Part shown: one piece after another, positions 17,108-26,200 of the stretch | Layout of the letters: each line of letters begins with the position of its first letter | Numbering within the stretch: the first letter of the stretch is position 1 | Assembly: GCA_040905465.1 (NCBI GenBank) | Contig: JBBDRK010000032.1 | Location: 12,236 to 43,196 of the forward strand | Direction: 5' to 3' | DNA from: Trueperaceae bacterium | GTDB taxonomy: Bacteria > Deinococcota > Deinococci > Deinococcales > Trueperaceae | DNA: 30,961 nt | Notes under the pieces: model-generated | Told to the model about the DNA's origin: nothing | What the model saw: only the letters and a program-made list of their open reading frames with translations | Databases searched by the model: none | Position numbers and translations under genes: made by a program

Positions 17108-17181
17108 CCTCGGCCGGTTGCGCTTCAAGCTCCATCCACCCCAAGCGCCCATGTGCAGGGTGGACCTCGTCGCTTCCGAGG
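17108..17181 (-). promoter_or_regulatory. Cyclic di-GMP-II riboswitch aptamer
   Basis: CCUCGGAAGCGACGAGGUCCACCCUGCACAUGGGCGCUUGGGGUGGAUGGAGCUUGAAGCGCAACCGGCCGAGG: P1 CCUCGG/CCGAGG, conserved GGAA, kink-turn GA/GA, P3 GUCCACCCU/GGGGUGGAU, pseudoknot GCGCUU/AAGCGC and conserved GCAACCGnCC. Confidence 0.9.
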
Positions 17182-17214
17182 CAGTTCGGCCTAACCTCAG
17201 GTCGAACCTCGTTG

Positions 17215-17220
17215 ATTCTA
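17215..17220 (-). promoter_or_regulatory. Candidate -10 box (TAGAAT) for the riboswitch-subunit transcript
   Basis: TAGAAT about 34 nt upstream of the aptamer, just downstream of the hairpin that follows the chaperone gene. Confidence 0.55.
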
Positions 17221-17250
17221 CAGGTGCGCTCTCATCAAGTCGTCAGATTC

Positions 17251-17283
17251 CCGACATCGATGCGCCCGGCATCGCGATGTCGG
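17251..17283 (-). terminator. Hairpin after the chaperone gene
   Basis: CCGACATCG/CGATGTCGG 9-bp arms plus inner ATGC/GCAT; no clear U tract. Confidence 0.5.
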
Positions 17284-17306
17284 CAGGTTCACACCGCTAC
17301 GGACAC

Positions 17307-18098
17307 CTAGCGCTCCGTCTCGATCGTTATCGTGGTGACCGCTTCGGCTCTCAGTCCTTCCTGGTACTCGAGAACCGCGAACACGCCGTACCGGCCCGCC
17401 GCCAGCTCGGCCGGCAGGGCCACCGGGAAGTCGATGGTGAGCCCGGGAAGCGCCACCCCCTGTTTCTCGATGGTCTCGCTGGCGCCGTCGCTGCCGTCGA
17501 GCGACAGGGTGAGAGTGAAACGCTGATAGCCGTTCCCCGAGTTGCGGATCGTGACCACGACTCCGGCGCCATCGTCGACACTGATTGAGGACAGATTCTC
17601 GATGCCCAACTCGTGCTCGGCCACTCCCTCTATCTCGACGGCCGTCACCATCGCGTAGCGGATGTTGAACATCAGCGCGTTACCCTGCTCGGTATCGGCC
17701 GAGGGCGGAACCTCGACCCCGATGACCCCCCAGTAACCCCCCTCGGGTTCGTCGGGGACGGTGACCGACATCGGAACTTCGGCCGTTTCGCCCGGCTCCA
17801 GGACGAACTCCAGTCGCTCCAGCTCGGCGATCTGAAAGAGGCTCTGGGGCAGGCTCGTGGCCGGAATGTGCTGGAGGGATCCGTTGGATAGTTGGGCGTA
17901 GTCGTTGAAGAAGATCCTCGCCTCGGCCCGGCTGTCGCCGCGGTTGACGATCGTGTAACGAAGAACCCGAGACTCGCCGGGAGCCAGCGACACCTGGCGC
18001 GGCCCGTTGATGTTGACCTGGGCGAGAGCGCTACCCGCTTGAGCTGCGATCATCGCTACGAGAATCGCAGCGGAGAACTTGAGAAGTCCGAATTTCAC
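17307..18098 (-). CDS. Periplasmic pilus chaperone-like protein (PapD/EcpB/DUF916-like, two Ig-like domains)
   Basis: Signal peptide (ALA|Q); LAPGESR..YTIVN, FVLEPGETAEV...VP, GYWGVIGVE and second domain VTIRNSGN...ALPG...GRY; GAGGAGG RBS. Confidence 0.75.
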   Translation of the reverse strand: MKFGLLKFSAAILVAMIAAQAGSALAQVNINGPRQVSLAPGESRVLRYTIVNRGDSRAEARIFFNDYAQLSNGSLQHIPATSLPQSLFQIAELERLEFVLEPGETAEVPMSVTVPDEPEGGYWGVIGVEVPPSADTEQGNALMFNIRYAMVTAVEIEGVAEHELGIENLSSISVDDGAGVVVTIRNSGNGYQRFTLTLSLDGSDGASETIEKQGVALPGLTIDFPVALPAELAAGRYGVFAVLEYQEGLRAEAVTTITIETER

Positions 18099-18111
18099 CT
18101 GTATTCCTCCT

Positions 18112-21100
18112 CTATCGTGGCGGTGCCGGAAGCGGCACGTTGTAACCGGGGATGAGCGGGATCGGAGCGTAGCGATCCACCTCGAACGACACTATCCGCC
18201 GTTCCACCAACCCGTCGGTGAAGGTAACCTCTATCGGCACGTCGACCCGCTCTGCTGCGTCGAGGGGTGATATCGACAGCACCCACAGAAGCTGCCTGCC
18301 CTCCACCTGCCGCTCCCGCGAGCTCTGCAGGTGGCGCAAGTTGGTGATCCGTATGCTGGAGATCTCCTTGGTCGATGTGACGTAGACGGCGAGGGTGATG
18401 CCCGGCGGGACGGTGGCGGACGTGGCGCGGAAAGAGAGCAGCTCGTCGGACCCGGGCAGCGATACGAGGTACTTGGGATCAACCGGGTTTGGCTGAAGGG
18501 GCCGGCCGCGCTCGTCGATCGCTTCTGGCTCCCCGGGCTCCGGCCGGGTCTCGACCGGCCGATCCTGGGCCTCGCCGGCCGAGCTGGCTGGCTCCTCCAC
18601 CGGCCCGAGTTCGGCCGTGGCCACCTTGGTTTCAGCCGCTGGCGCCGGTTCGCCGGTAACGATGGCCTGCACCGTTCGCTGCGCTACCTGCCCCTCCTCG
18701 AACTCGATCGTCACCTCCAGGTTCAATGCGCCGGCGGGGACCGGTGGGACGGGAACCTCCAGGGTCCACGTCCCGCTCGCGCCGTCCGGCCTTTCATGCA
18801 CCGTGCTGGCGCCCGCCGCGCTGATCCTCACCCGCGCGATCGGCGCCGGCGAGGTCACGACGAGCCTGATGGGTTGGTCTCGGCCGGTCAGTAACGAGGC
18901 CAACTCCAGCCTGACTGGGGGCGTAATGGCGCTGGGATCGAGGACGGTCCGCCTGGGCGCCGGTACCGTGAGAAGCAGCTCCTCGTCCTCCTGCCCGAGG
19001 TCCACGGTCAAACGCTCCCGTTCGCCGGACACGCCAACGGTGTACTCGCCGGCGGGCAGTCCGGTCATCCGGACCGAACCGAGCGGCAGCGAAGCGCTCG
19101 CCCAGCGCGACACCGGACCCTGCACCAGCACCCTGACGTCGCGGGCCCGGCCGCTGTCCCTGAGTTCACCGCTATCCCGGTCCCGGTAGCGAACGACGAT
19201 ATCCAGTGCGGATGTCGGAACGGCGGCCAGGGTGACGTCGCCGCCCGGCTGGACGAGAATCGGCTGGTCGGCAACGAACGTGTCGGGCGGCAGGCTCGCC
19301 TCGTCGACCCGTACCTCGCACTCTCCAGGTCTGCCCCGCAACGTGGCGCTGCCGGTGCTGTCGGTCGATTCCGGCTGACCGCACCCCAGCAGGCGGACGT
19401 TGGGCAGCCCGCGGCGCCCTCCCGCGCCTTCGAACTCCACCTGAACCCGCCTTTCGGTGGGGTCGGGACCGTCCAGAAAGGAGGCCAGGGCACGGGAGGT
19501 CGGGATGAAGGTGCTGTAGGAGACACCGAGCCCTACCGCCAGGCCGCCCTCACCACGGATCGGGGCCTCGAGCCCGAGCTTGGCGCTGAAGCCGCCGTGC
19601 GCGGAGTAGGCCGCGCTCACTCGTCCGCTGAGCGAAGCGTCGGCCAACAGGTCCGGGGCTTCTAGACCCAGGCCGGCGGTCAGGGTGCCGGAAGGCAGGA
19701 GCGCGGTGTAGTCGGCGCTAGCGCCAGCCTCCAGGGTCCCCGCGTCGGTCCAGCGCCCGGCCAGGTCGAGCATCACCGGGCCAACGGGAAGCGAGGCGCC
19801 GGCGTGGACTACCGCGGTGCCGGCGCCCAGCAACGGCAATTCACCGGCGAGCCGGAATGACGCCGATCCCACGGCGAACTGCTGATCCGCGTTGAGCAGC
19901 AGACTTTGCGGCGCGGCTCTCACGCCGAATCCGAATCCGCCTGCGCTTGCCCGCAGTGCGGCGTTCGAGAAAGTCCAGTCGTCCAGCGCGGCGCGAAGCG
20001 AGAACGCAAGTGGTCCCAGGCCGGGTAGTCGGGCCTTGTATCTGGAACTGCCCGACACTCTCGTGCCACCCTCCAGCAGCTCGGCAGCCACCTCGAGTCC
20101 GAACGAGCTGGTGGCGTACTGCGCCCTGCCACGCCAGCGAACGTTCTCCGCGCTGGCGAATCTGAGGGAGGCGTGAAACGGGGCCAATCCCGCGCTGACC
20201 TCGGCGGTCACCTCGTCGCCGGCGATATTCAACGCCGCTTGCGAGCGGAGCCGGGGACCCTCGAACACCACTCCGAAGCGAGGCGATTCGTCGGCGCGCT
20301 CCAACGGTATCGCGGCTCCGATAACGATGTCCCCGAGGAACGGCAGTCGCGTGAAGCGCTGGGACAGGTACAAGCCTCTACCGACGTTGCCGGCCGGGCT
20401 CCCGACGCTGCGGTCGGTGAGTTCCAGGCTCGAGTTGCGATAGCGCAGCAACAGCCGGGGTTCGGGAAGTTCGGAGAAGCCGATTCCTCGCGCGCTCAGC
20501 TCCAGGTAGGTGTTGCGACTCAGGCTTCCCACGAACGACACCGAGAACGGTTTCTCAGGCAGTGATAGTGGCTGCCCGAGCGTCGCGCTCGCGTCCGCGG
20601 CAACGGTTGCCAGTAGGCCGTACCCGGCCCGGCGGCCGGTGCCCGCGGCGGTGAGGTAGATCGTCTTTCGGACGGTATCGGCGCCGCCCTCGAGGGTAAC
20701 AGCCAGGGTGCGGTTACCGTTTGTCAGCGCCGGAAGCTCCACGTGAATGGTCGCCGCGCTTCCAGGGGCAACGGTGGTTGCCGGCGCCTTGGCCGCGACG
20801 CCGGAGAACGAGAGCTCGACCCGTCCAGGGGTATTGCCGCTGTTTCTCACCACCAGCGGAACCAGCGTGGAGCGGTCCCGGAACGCCAGCACCCTCTCGG
20901 GAGCCTCCAGTTCGAAGGCCACCAGCCTGGGAAGCTCTACCGTCAGCGAAACCGGGTACGGCTCATCCTCGCCCTCCACCAGGAAGTGAAGCGTCAGCTC
21001 GGTCAGGCGGCCTAGCTGGGCGTTACTGCTGAGCATCACCGGCAGGAGCGGGGCGGCGGAAGGGGAGAGCACCCGCGGGAAGGTGAGCGTGAGAGCTTGT

Positions 21101-21324
21101 GGAAGATCGGCACGCACTCGTCCGTCACCGGAGTCCCAGCCCTGGAACTCGACGCGCAACTCGGCCGCCTCGAAGCGCTCCCCAAGCGCCAGCACGGCCC
21201 GCGCCCGACCGTTCTCGGCCATCACGGTTGTGGCTGACTGCTGTGCCGAGGCGATTCCTGACAACAAAAGCGCGAGCAGAGCCGCAGCCAGGCGCCGTCG
21301 GGCCCTGCCCGAGTACGAGCGCAA
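18112..21324 (-). CDS. Large exported beta-rich protein, atypical usher-like outer-membrane protein
   Basis: Signal peptide (ASA|QQ); N-terminal Ig-like domain (VRNSGN); long amphipathic beta-strand region; SdrD-B/carboxypeptidase-regulatory-like motifs (GLPNV...TDSTG, GLPAGEYTV); duplicated C-terminal domain; AAGGTG RBS before TTG. Confidence 0.65.
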   Translation of the reverse strand: MRSYSGRARRRLAAALLALLLSGIASAQQSATTVMAENGRARAVLALGERFEAAELRVEFQGWDSGDGRVRADLPQALTLTFPRVLSPSAAPLLPVMLSSNAQLGRLTELTLHFLVEGEDEPYPVSLTVELPRLVAFELEAPERVLAFRDRSTLVPLVVRNSGNTPGRVELSFSGVAAKAPATTVAPGSAATIHVELPALTNGNRTLAVTLEGGADTVRKTIYLTAAGTGRRAGYGLLATVAADASATLGQPLSLPEKPFSVSFVGSLSRNTYLELSARGIGFSELPEPRLLLRYRNSSLELTDRSVGSPAGNVGRGLYLSQRFTRLPFLGDIVIGAAIPLERADESPRFGVVFEGPRLRSQAALNIAGDEVTAEVSAGLAPFHASLRFASAENVRWRGRAQYATSSFGLEVAAELLEGGTRVSGSSRYKARLPGLGPLAFSLRAALDDWTFSNAALRASAGGFGFGVRAAPQSLLLNADQQFAVGSASFRLAGELPLLGAGTAVVHAGASLPVGPVMLDLAGRWTDAGTLEAGASADYTALLPSGTLTAGLGLEAPDLLADASLSGRVSAAYSAHGGFSAKLGLEAPIRGEGGLAVGLGVSYSTFIPTSRALASFLDGPDPTERRVQVEFEGAGGRRGLPNVRLLGCGQPESTDSTGSATLRGRPGECEVRVDEASLPPDTFVADQPILVQPGGDVTLAAVPTSALDIVVRYRDRDSGELRDSGRARDVRVLVQGPVSRWASASLPLGSVRMTGLPAGEYTVGVSGERERLTVDLGQEDEELLLTVPAPRRTVLDPSAITPPVRLELASLLTGRDQPIRLVVTSPAPIARVRISAAGASTVHERPDGASGTWTLEVPVPPVPAGALNLEVTIEFEEGQVAQRTVQAIVTGEPAPAAETKVATAELGPVEEPASSAGEAQDRPVETRPEPGEPEAIDERGRPLQPNPVDPKYLVSLPGSDELLSFRATSATVPPGITLAVYVTSTKEISSIRITNLRHLQSSRERQVEGRQLLWVLSISPLDAAERVDVPIEVTFTDGLVERRIVSFEVDRYAPIPLIPGYNVPLPAPPR

Positions 21325-21534
21325 CTTGTCACCTTCTACTGTCGAGGCTCGGCTCGATCAGACGAGAACATGAACCAGAACTCTCCCCACGCCGATCTTC
21401 GTGCCCCGTCCGAACGCAGCTTGCGGTTGATTTGACCGGGATCGGCAGATTGACGTTCACGCTCGGTTATAGCCTTTCCAGCCGCGGTCGCCTGCGCAGT
21501 TTTCTACACCTCGACGGCGTTTATACTTCCCCCC

Positions 21535-22293
21535 GTGCGTCACCCGCCCTTCAGCGCCCTGTCTCGGGTTTACGACTCGATCATGGCCGATGTCGATTAC
21601 GAGTCGTGGTGCGAGTTCGTCGTGCGGGAGGCCTCGAAGCGCGGCTACCGCGGCGGGCCGGCCCTGGATCTGGGCTGCGGCACCGGCAACTCAACCGTTC
21701 CCCTGCACCGGCGAGGCTTCGAGGTAACCGGCCTCGACTCCTCTCCGGAGATGCTGGCGGTGGCGCGCGACAAGCTACCTCAGCTTGATTGGCGTTTAGG
21801 GGAGTTCTCCTCCTTCGACCTGCCGGCACGCTTTTCGCTCGTCGTGTCGATGTTCGATTCGCTCAACAACCTGCTGTCGGCTGACGAGTTCCGTGCCGCT
21901 GCTGCCCGCGTTGCCCACCATCTGCTGCCCGGCGGCCTGTTCCTGTTCGACGTGAACACCGCAATTGGGTTGCGGGAGCTGTGGGAGGGCGGCCGGGTGG
22001 AGGGCTGGGCGGAGGAGGTTCACTACAGCTGGCTGCACAGCTTCGATGCCTACGCGAACCTGGCACGAGTGGAGGCGTCCTGGGAAAGTGGCGGCCGCCG
22101 GCATAGCGAGGTCCATTACGAACGGCCCTTCGAGGCCGACGAGACGGTGGCGCTTCTTGCCGACGCCGGTTTCGAAGAGATAGAGGTACTCAACTTCCCC
22201 GATGGTTCCGTTGCGCCGCCGGACGCGGAGCGTATCTGGCTCTGCGCTCGACTTTCCTCGGGCCGCGGCCAGTCGAGCCCGGGCCGCGGCTAG
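21535..22293 (+). CDS. Class I SAM-dependent methyltransferase
   Basis: YDSIMADVDY, LDLGCGTG, GLDSSPEML, FDSLN and PGGLFLFD. Confidence 0.93.
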   Translation: MRHPPFSALSRVYDSIMADVDYESWCEFVVREASKRGYRGGPALDLGCGTGNSTVPLHRRGFEVTGLDSSPEMLAVARDKLPQLDWRLGEFSSFDLPARFSLVVSMFDSLNNLLSADEFRAAAARVAHHLLPGGLFLFDVNTAIGLRELWEGGRVEGWAEEVHYSWLHSFDAYANLARVEASWESGGRRHSEVHYERPFEADETVALLADAGFEEIEVLNFPDGSVAPPDAERIWLCARLSSGRGQSSPGRG

Positions 22294-22330
22294 TCGAGAC
22301 CAGCCGCTCCCCGACCACTCTAGTCGAGCC
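22259..22330. repeat. 21-bp tandem duplication plus a third partial copy at convergent gene ends
   Basis: CGGGCCGCGGC(C/T)AGTCGAG(C/A)C at 22259-22279 and 22280-22300; CTAGTCGAGCC again at 22320-22330. Confidence 0.7.
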
Positions 22331-23195
22331 CCGCCTGCTCCCGGACGACCCTGGCGATGTTGCTGACGTCCTCATCGCCCAACTGCCTGGCCACCAGTCC
22401 GGTCTCCAACTGCTCCACGTAGGCCGCGATGGGGATCGGCACGCCGAGCGACCGCGCCGATTCCAGGGCGATGCCCAAATCCTTGCGATGCAGCCGCGTA
22501 CGGAAGCCGAGCGGGTACTCGTTGCGGATCATGTTCGGTCCTCGGTTGCTGAGGCCCCAGGAGGCCGCGGCTCCACCCCCGATGGCACGTAGTGCCGCTT
22601 CGATGTCGATACCCGCCTTCAGTCCCAGCGTCAGGCCCTCGGCCACAGCCGCGTAGGTGCCGGCGATGATCACCTGGTTCATCGCCTTGGCCAGTTGACC
22701 GCTCCCCACCGGTCCGACAAGGGTGATGGTCTTGCCGAGCGCCTCGAGCACCGGCCTCACCCGCTCCAGGTCGGCCTGCTGGGCCCCTACCATTATCGAC
22801 AGCGTGCCCGCCTGCGCACCCTCGCTTCCGCCGGAAACGGGCGCGTCCAGCATGGATACGCCTCGGTCGGCGAGCTGCCGCGCCATACCTCGGGTGGTTT
22901 CGGGACTGATGGTGCTCATGTCGACCAGCAGGCTCCCCGCCGACATGCCGTAGGCGGCACCGTTTTCACCCAGCACCACGGCCTCGGCATCGGGCGTGTC
23001 GGACACCATGGTGATGACCGCCTCGGCGCCGGTCGCCGCTTCGCGGGGCGTGCCGGCTCGCCTGGCCCCCTCTCGCTCAAGCGGAACCTCACGTTCGCGA
23101 GTCCGGTTGTGTACGGTCAACTGGTGTCCAGCCGCCAGGAGCCGTAGCGCCATTGGCGCCCCCATGGTTCCCAGGCCGATGAACCCTATGCGCAT
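22320..23195 (-). CDS. NAD(P)-dependent beta-hydroxyacid dehydrogenase (3-hydroxyisobutyrate dehydrogenase / tartronate semialdehyde reductase family)
   Basis: MRIGFIGLGTMG, DMSTISP, DAPVSGG, catalytic K in GQLAKAMNQ and LHRKDL; GGAGG RBS before ATG 23195. Confidence 0.94.
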   Translation of the reverse strand: MRIGFIGLGTMGAPMALRLLAAGHQLTVHNRTREREVPLEREGARRAGTPREAATGAEAVITMVSDTPDAEAVVLGENGAAYGMSAGSLLVDMSTISPETTRGMARQLADRGVSMLDAPVSGGSEGAQAGTLSIMVGAQQADLERVRPVLEALGKTITLVGPVGSGQLAKAMNQVIIAGTYAAVAEGLTLGLKAGIDIEAALRAIGGGAAASWGLSNRGPNMIRNEYPLGFRTRLHRKDLGIALESARSLGVPIPIAAYVEQLETGLVARQLGDEDVSNIARVVREQAGLD

Positions 23196-23271
23196 TGCTT
23201 CCTCCATTCGTTGGTCGATCCCAGCACTGTGTTTGCCGCCCGGGTTGGACCGACCGATTTCGGCAACGCCC

Positions 23272-26200
23272 TCAAGCCGCGGTGTCGGCCCGGCGCTCAT
23301 GCACAGAGCGCCAGCGGGCGACTAATTGGTCGGGCAAGCGCAGCCTGCTCTCACGTGGACCCTCCGTGCAGGTTAACGCCTCCATCAGCGCCGGAACACG
23401 CAACGCTTCGAATCGGCTACTGCCCTCCACCTCATTTGCGAAGATCCGCAGCAAGGGTTCGTGCAGCGCTTCAAGCGAGAGGTCGGCGAGAGAGTTCGCC
23501 AGCAACCGACCTGCCTGGGCGTCGAGACCGGAGCGAAGTGCCGCCTGGATTTGCAGGGCAATGAGCCACGATTTCAGCCGCAGGTCGGAGCGTTCGAGCC
23601 CGGAACAGAGTTGTGCCAAGGCCTTCAGGCCCTGCTGGGCGAATTCGAAAGCCTTTTCCAGGTCATTTAACCCATTTGACCTGAGCGTGGCCGACGCGAG
23701 ATGCGCAAAGCCTTCGGCGTCGTGGTAAGGGACACGCGAGTCTGTAAGGGCGAAACGAGCTTGGGCGGCTGCGTCGACGGCCTCGTGCGCCAAGAGTGCT
23801 CCCAGCAGGTAGGCCTGACGGCGAAGAGACCACCGGAGCCTGCCGTCCTGTTGCGCGGCGAGGTGCGGTTGAACGCTGGCCAGCAACGATCGGGCATGCG
23901 CGAGGTCGACTGGCTCGTCGACACGTTCCACGGTCCGTGCGTAAGGCGTTAGGTACGGCTGGCTGAGTGACCGGGCGAGGTAGGCGTGAGCAAGCCGCTG
24001 TGTGGCTCGGAGACTCCGATAGCCGGTGTCGATCCCACAGCGACGCCCATAGTCGGCGAAAATGCAGAGCACCCGATCGAGCATGATGATTGCCTGCTCG
24101 AAAGCGCCTTGGGCCAGTGTGGTCAGCGCGTACTCCTCGTCGCACAGCGAAAGGTGGAAGGCTCGCTCCGGGCCCTGCCGAATGTCGCGCGCGGAACCTA
24201 CCGTTTCGCGCGCGGCTGACAGGTCGGCCAGCGACAGGTCGAGCTCACCTCGCATCCTCAGGAGCCTGGCCCGCCGGGTCAGATAGCGCGCCTGCTCGGC
24301 GCTTGGCGCCTGGTTCAGCCTGGCGAGCTCGACGGCATGATCCAGCTCCTCCATCGCAGCATCGAACCTTCCCATCATCGAGAGGACGTCGCCTTTCTGG
24401 AAGGCGACGCGCGCTTCTATCAGCTCGTCGCCGGTCGGGACACTCGTAAATTCGCGCAGCGCAAGTTCCAGGTCGCCCCTGTCTTTGGCTATCATCCCGG
24501 CCCACACGCCTGCCTTGACGACGACCAATCGGCCCTCCCGACCGCGTCCCCGCACCGCGGGCAATCTTGGACGCGCGACCTTCTCGACCAGGTCGGCCGC
24601 CTCGTCGAGCGCCCCGCGCCATCTCGCGATGCTGCCTTGCACGAGCGCTCGTTCGGTCTCGCGCAGCTCGTCGGTTACCGGCGGCCACTTCGCCAGCAGC
24701 GCCTCGGCCCGGTCCACCTTGCCGCGCAGTACCGCTCCTTCGGCTCGCTGGACCAACGCCCAGGCGCGAAGCCCCTGTTCTTGCGAGGAGCTCAGAGCAG
24801 CGAGCGCCTGGATCGCGCCGGGGTGCTCATACGAGCCGAGCCGGACGTAGTGGTTTGCTACTCGCAGCGCGATTCTCTCGAAAACCGGGCCGTTGCGCAA
24901 CTCGGCCTGCGCGGCGGCCCAGAGCGGCCCTATCAGCGGCTGCTGGATGCCGCAGCGCTCCATCCAGCCGCTCAACGAGCGCCATTCCCTGGCTTCGAAC
25001 AGGTGCTGAACGTAGCGGCCGGCGGAGTCGCTCCGTGGATTCAGCTCGGCCTCTATGCGATAGAATTCGCTCGCCCGCAGATTCAAGTGCCGGTGCTGCT
25101 CGGGCCGGCGCTCCCGCAGCTCCTCTTGCAAAAGGCGGGTGAATTGGCGGGAAAAGGCCCGCCAGCTGTCGGCCGTCGACGGTGCCGGGTCGAGGAACGC
25201 GAGTTCGAGAGAGCTCGGCTCGTCATCGAACTCCCGAACGGCACGGAGCGCGACCTGTGAGAAGGCGTGGTACGGCGGCAGCGTGAGGGTGGCCAGCGCG
25301 GTCAGAAAATCCGCGAGTCGTTGCTGTGTGGCGTCGTGAACCAGCGAGGCAAGGCGAACAAGATTGACATCCTTGCCCCTAGGCGAGTCCGGTTCGCCCT
25401 TCGGCAAGCCATCGCGAGCCTCGGTCAGCAGAATCAATGTCCGGAGATCCTCATAGGAGCGCCCGGCGCGCCTGACAAGTTCCTCCTGCTGCGCGGCCTG
25501 CAGTTGAGGCAACCGGGCACGCACGAAGCGGCGCGCCTCGTGGGCGGTTGGTGGTTTCAGGCGTACCGGTTCCTCGAACCCGCCCCTGTCGGTGAGAATG
25601 GCCGTCGGCAGTTCGGTGATGCTCACCAGCATGCACACGTGCGGCAAGCGGGAGAGCGGCTCGAACAAGGAGAACCACAGCCACTCGGGGGCCGCGACCC
25701 GGGGCACCTCGAGTGTGTTCAGCCGCAGTGGCGCCCCGCCTAGATGCTCCACGCCGCCGGAGGATCGCGACAGGTGGGCGAGCAGCACGAGGTCTTCTTG
25801 GCGCAGTCGCGCTTCGTCCAGGATCAGGCGCGCTACTTCGGATTGAGCGTCGGCTTGCACGGCAAACGCACCGGACGGAGAGATCTTTGCTAGCTTCCCT
25901 TCAATAGCCGCCTGTGGGAGGCCCAACGCCGAGCCGAGTCGGACCAGGCCGGCCGAAACGTGCCCGGGCACGAATTCCAGCCTCACGATTCGCGCGCTTG
26001 CCCGAGGCGGTGCTTCGAGAGCCTCCTGCGCGTAATCGATGAGTAGAGTCTTACCGGACCCGGGTCGCCCGGTCACCAGAAGCTTGGGGCGCCCCCCTGC
26101 ACGTACTCCGCTCACGAAAGTCCGAAAGGCCTGGCGCTTCTCCCTCCCCAGCGGCCTTAGGATCTCGGCTTCGGCGCCACCGGAGTCGACTACCAACGCC

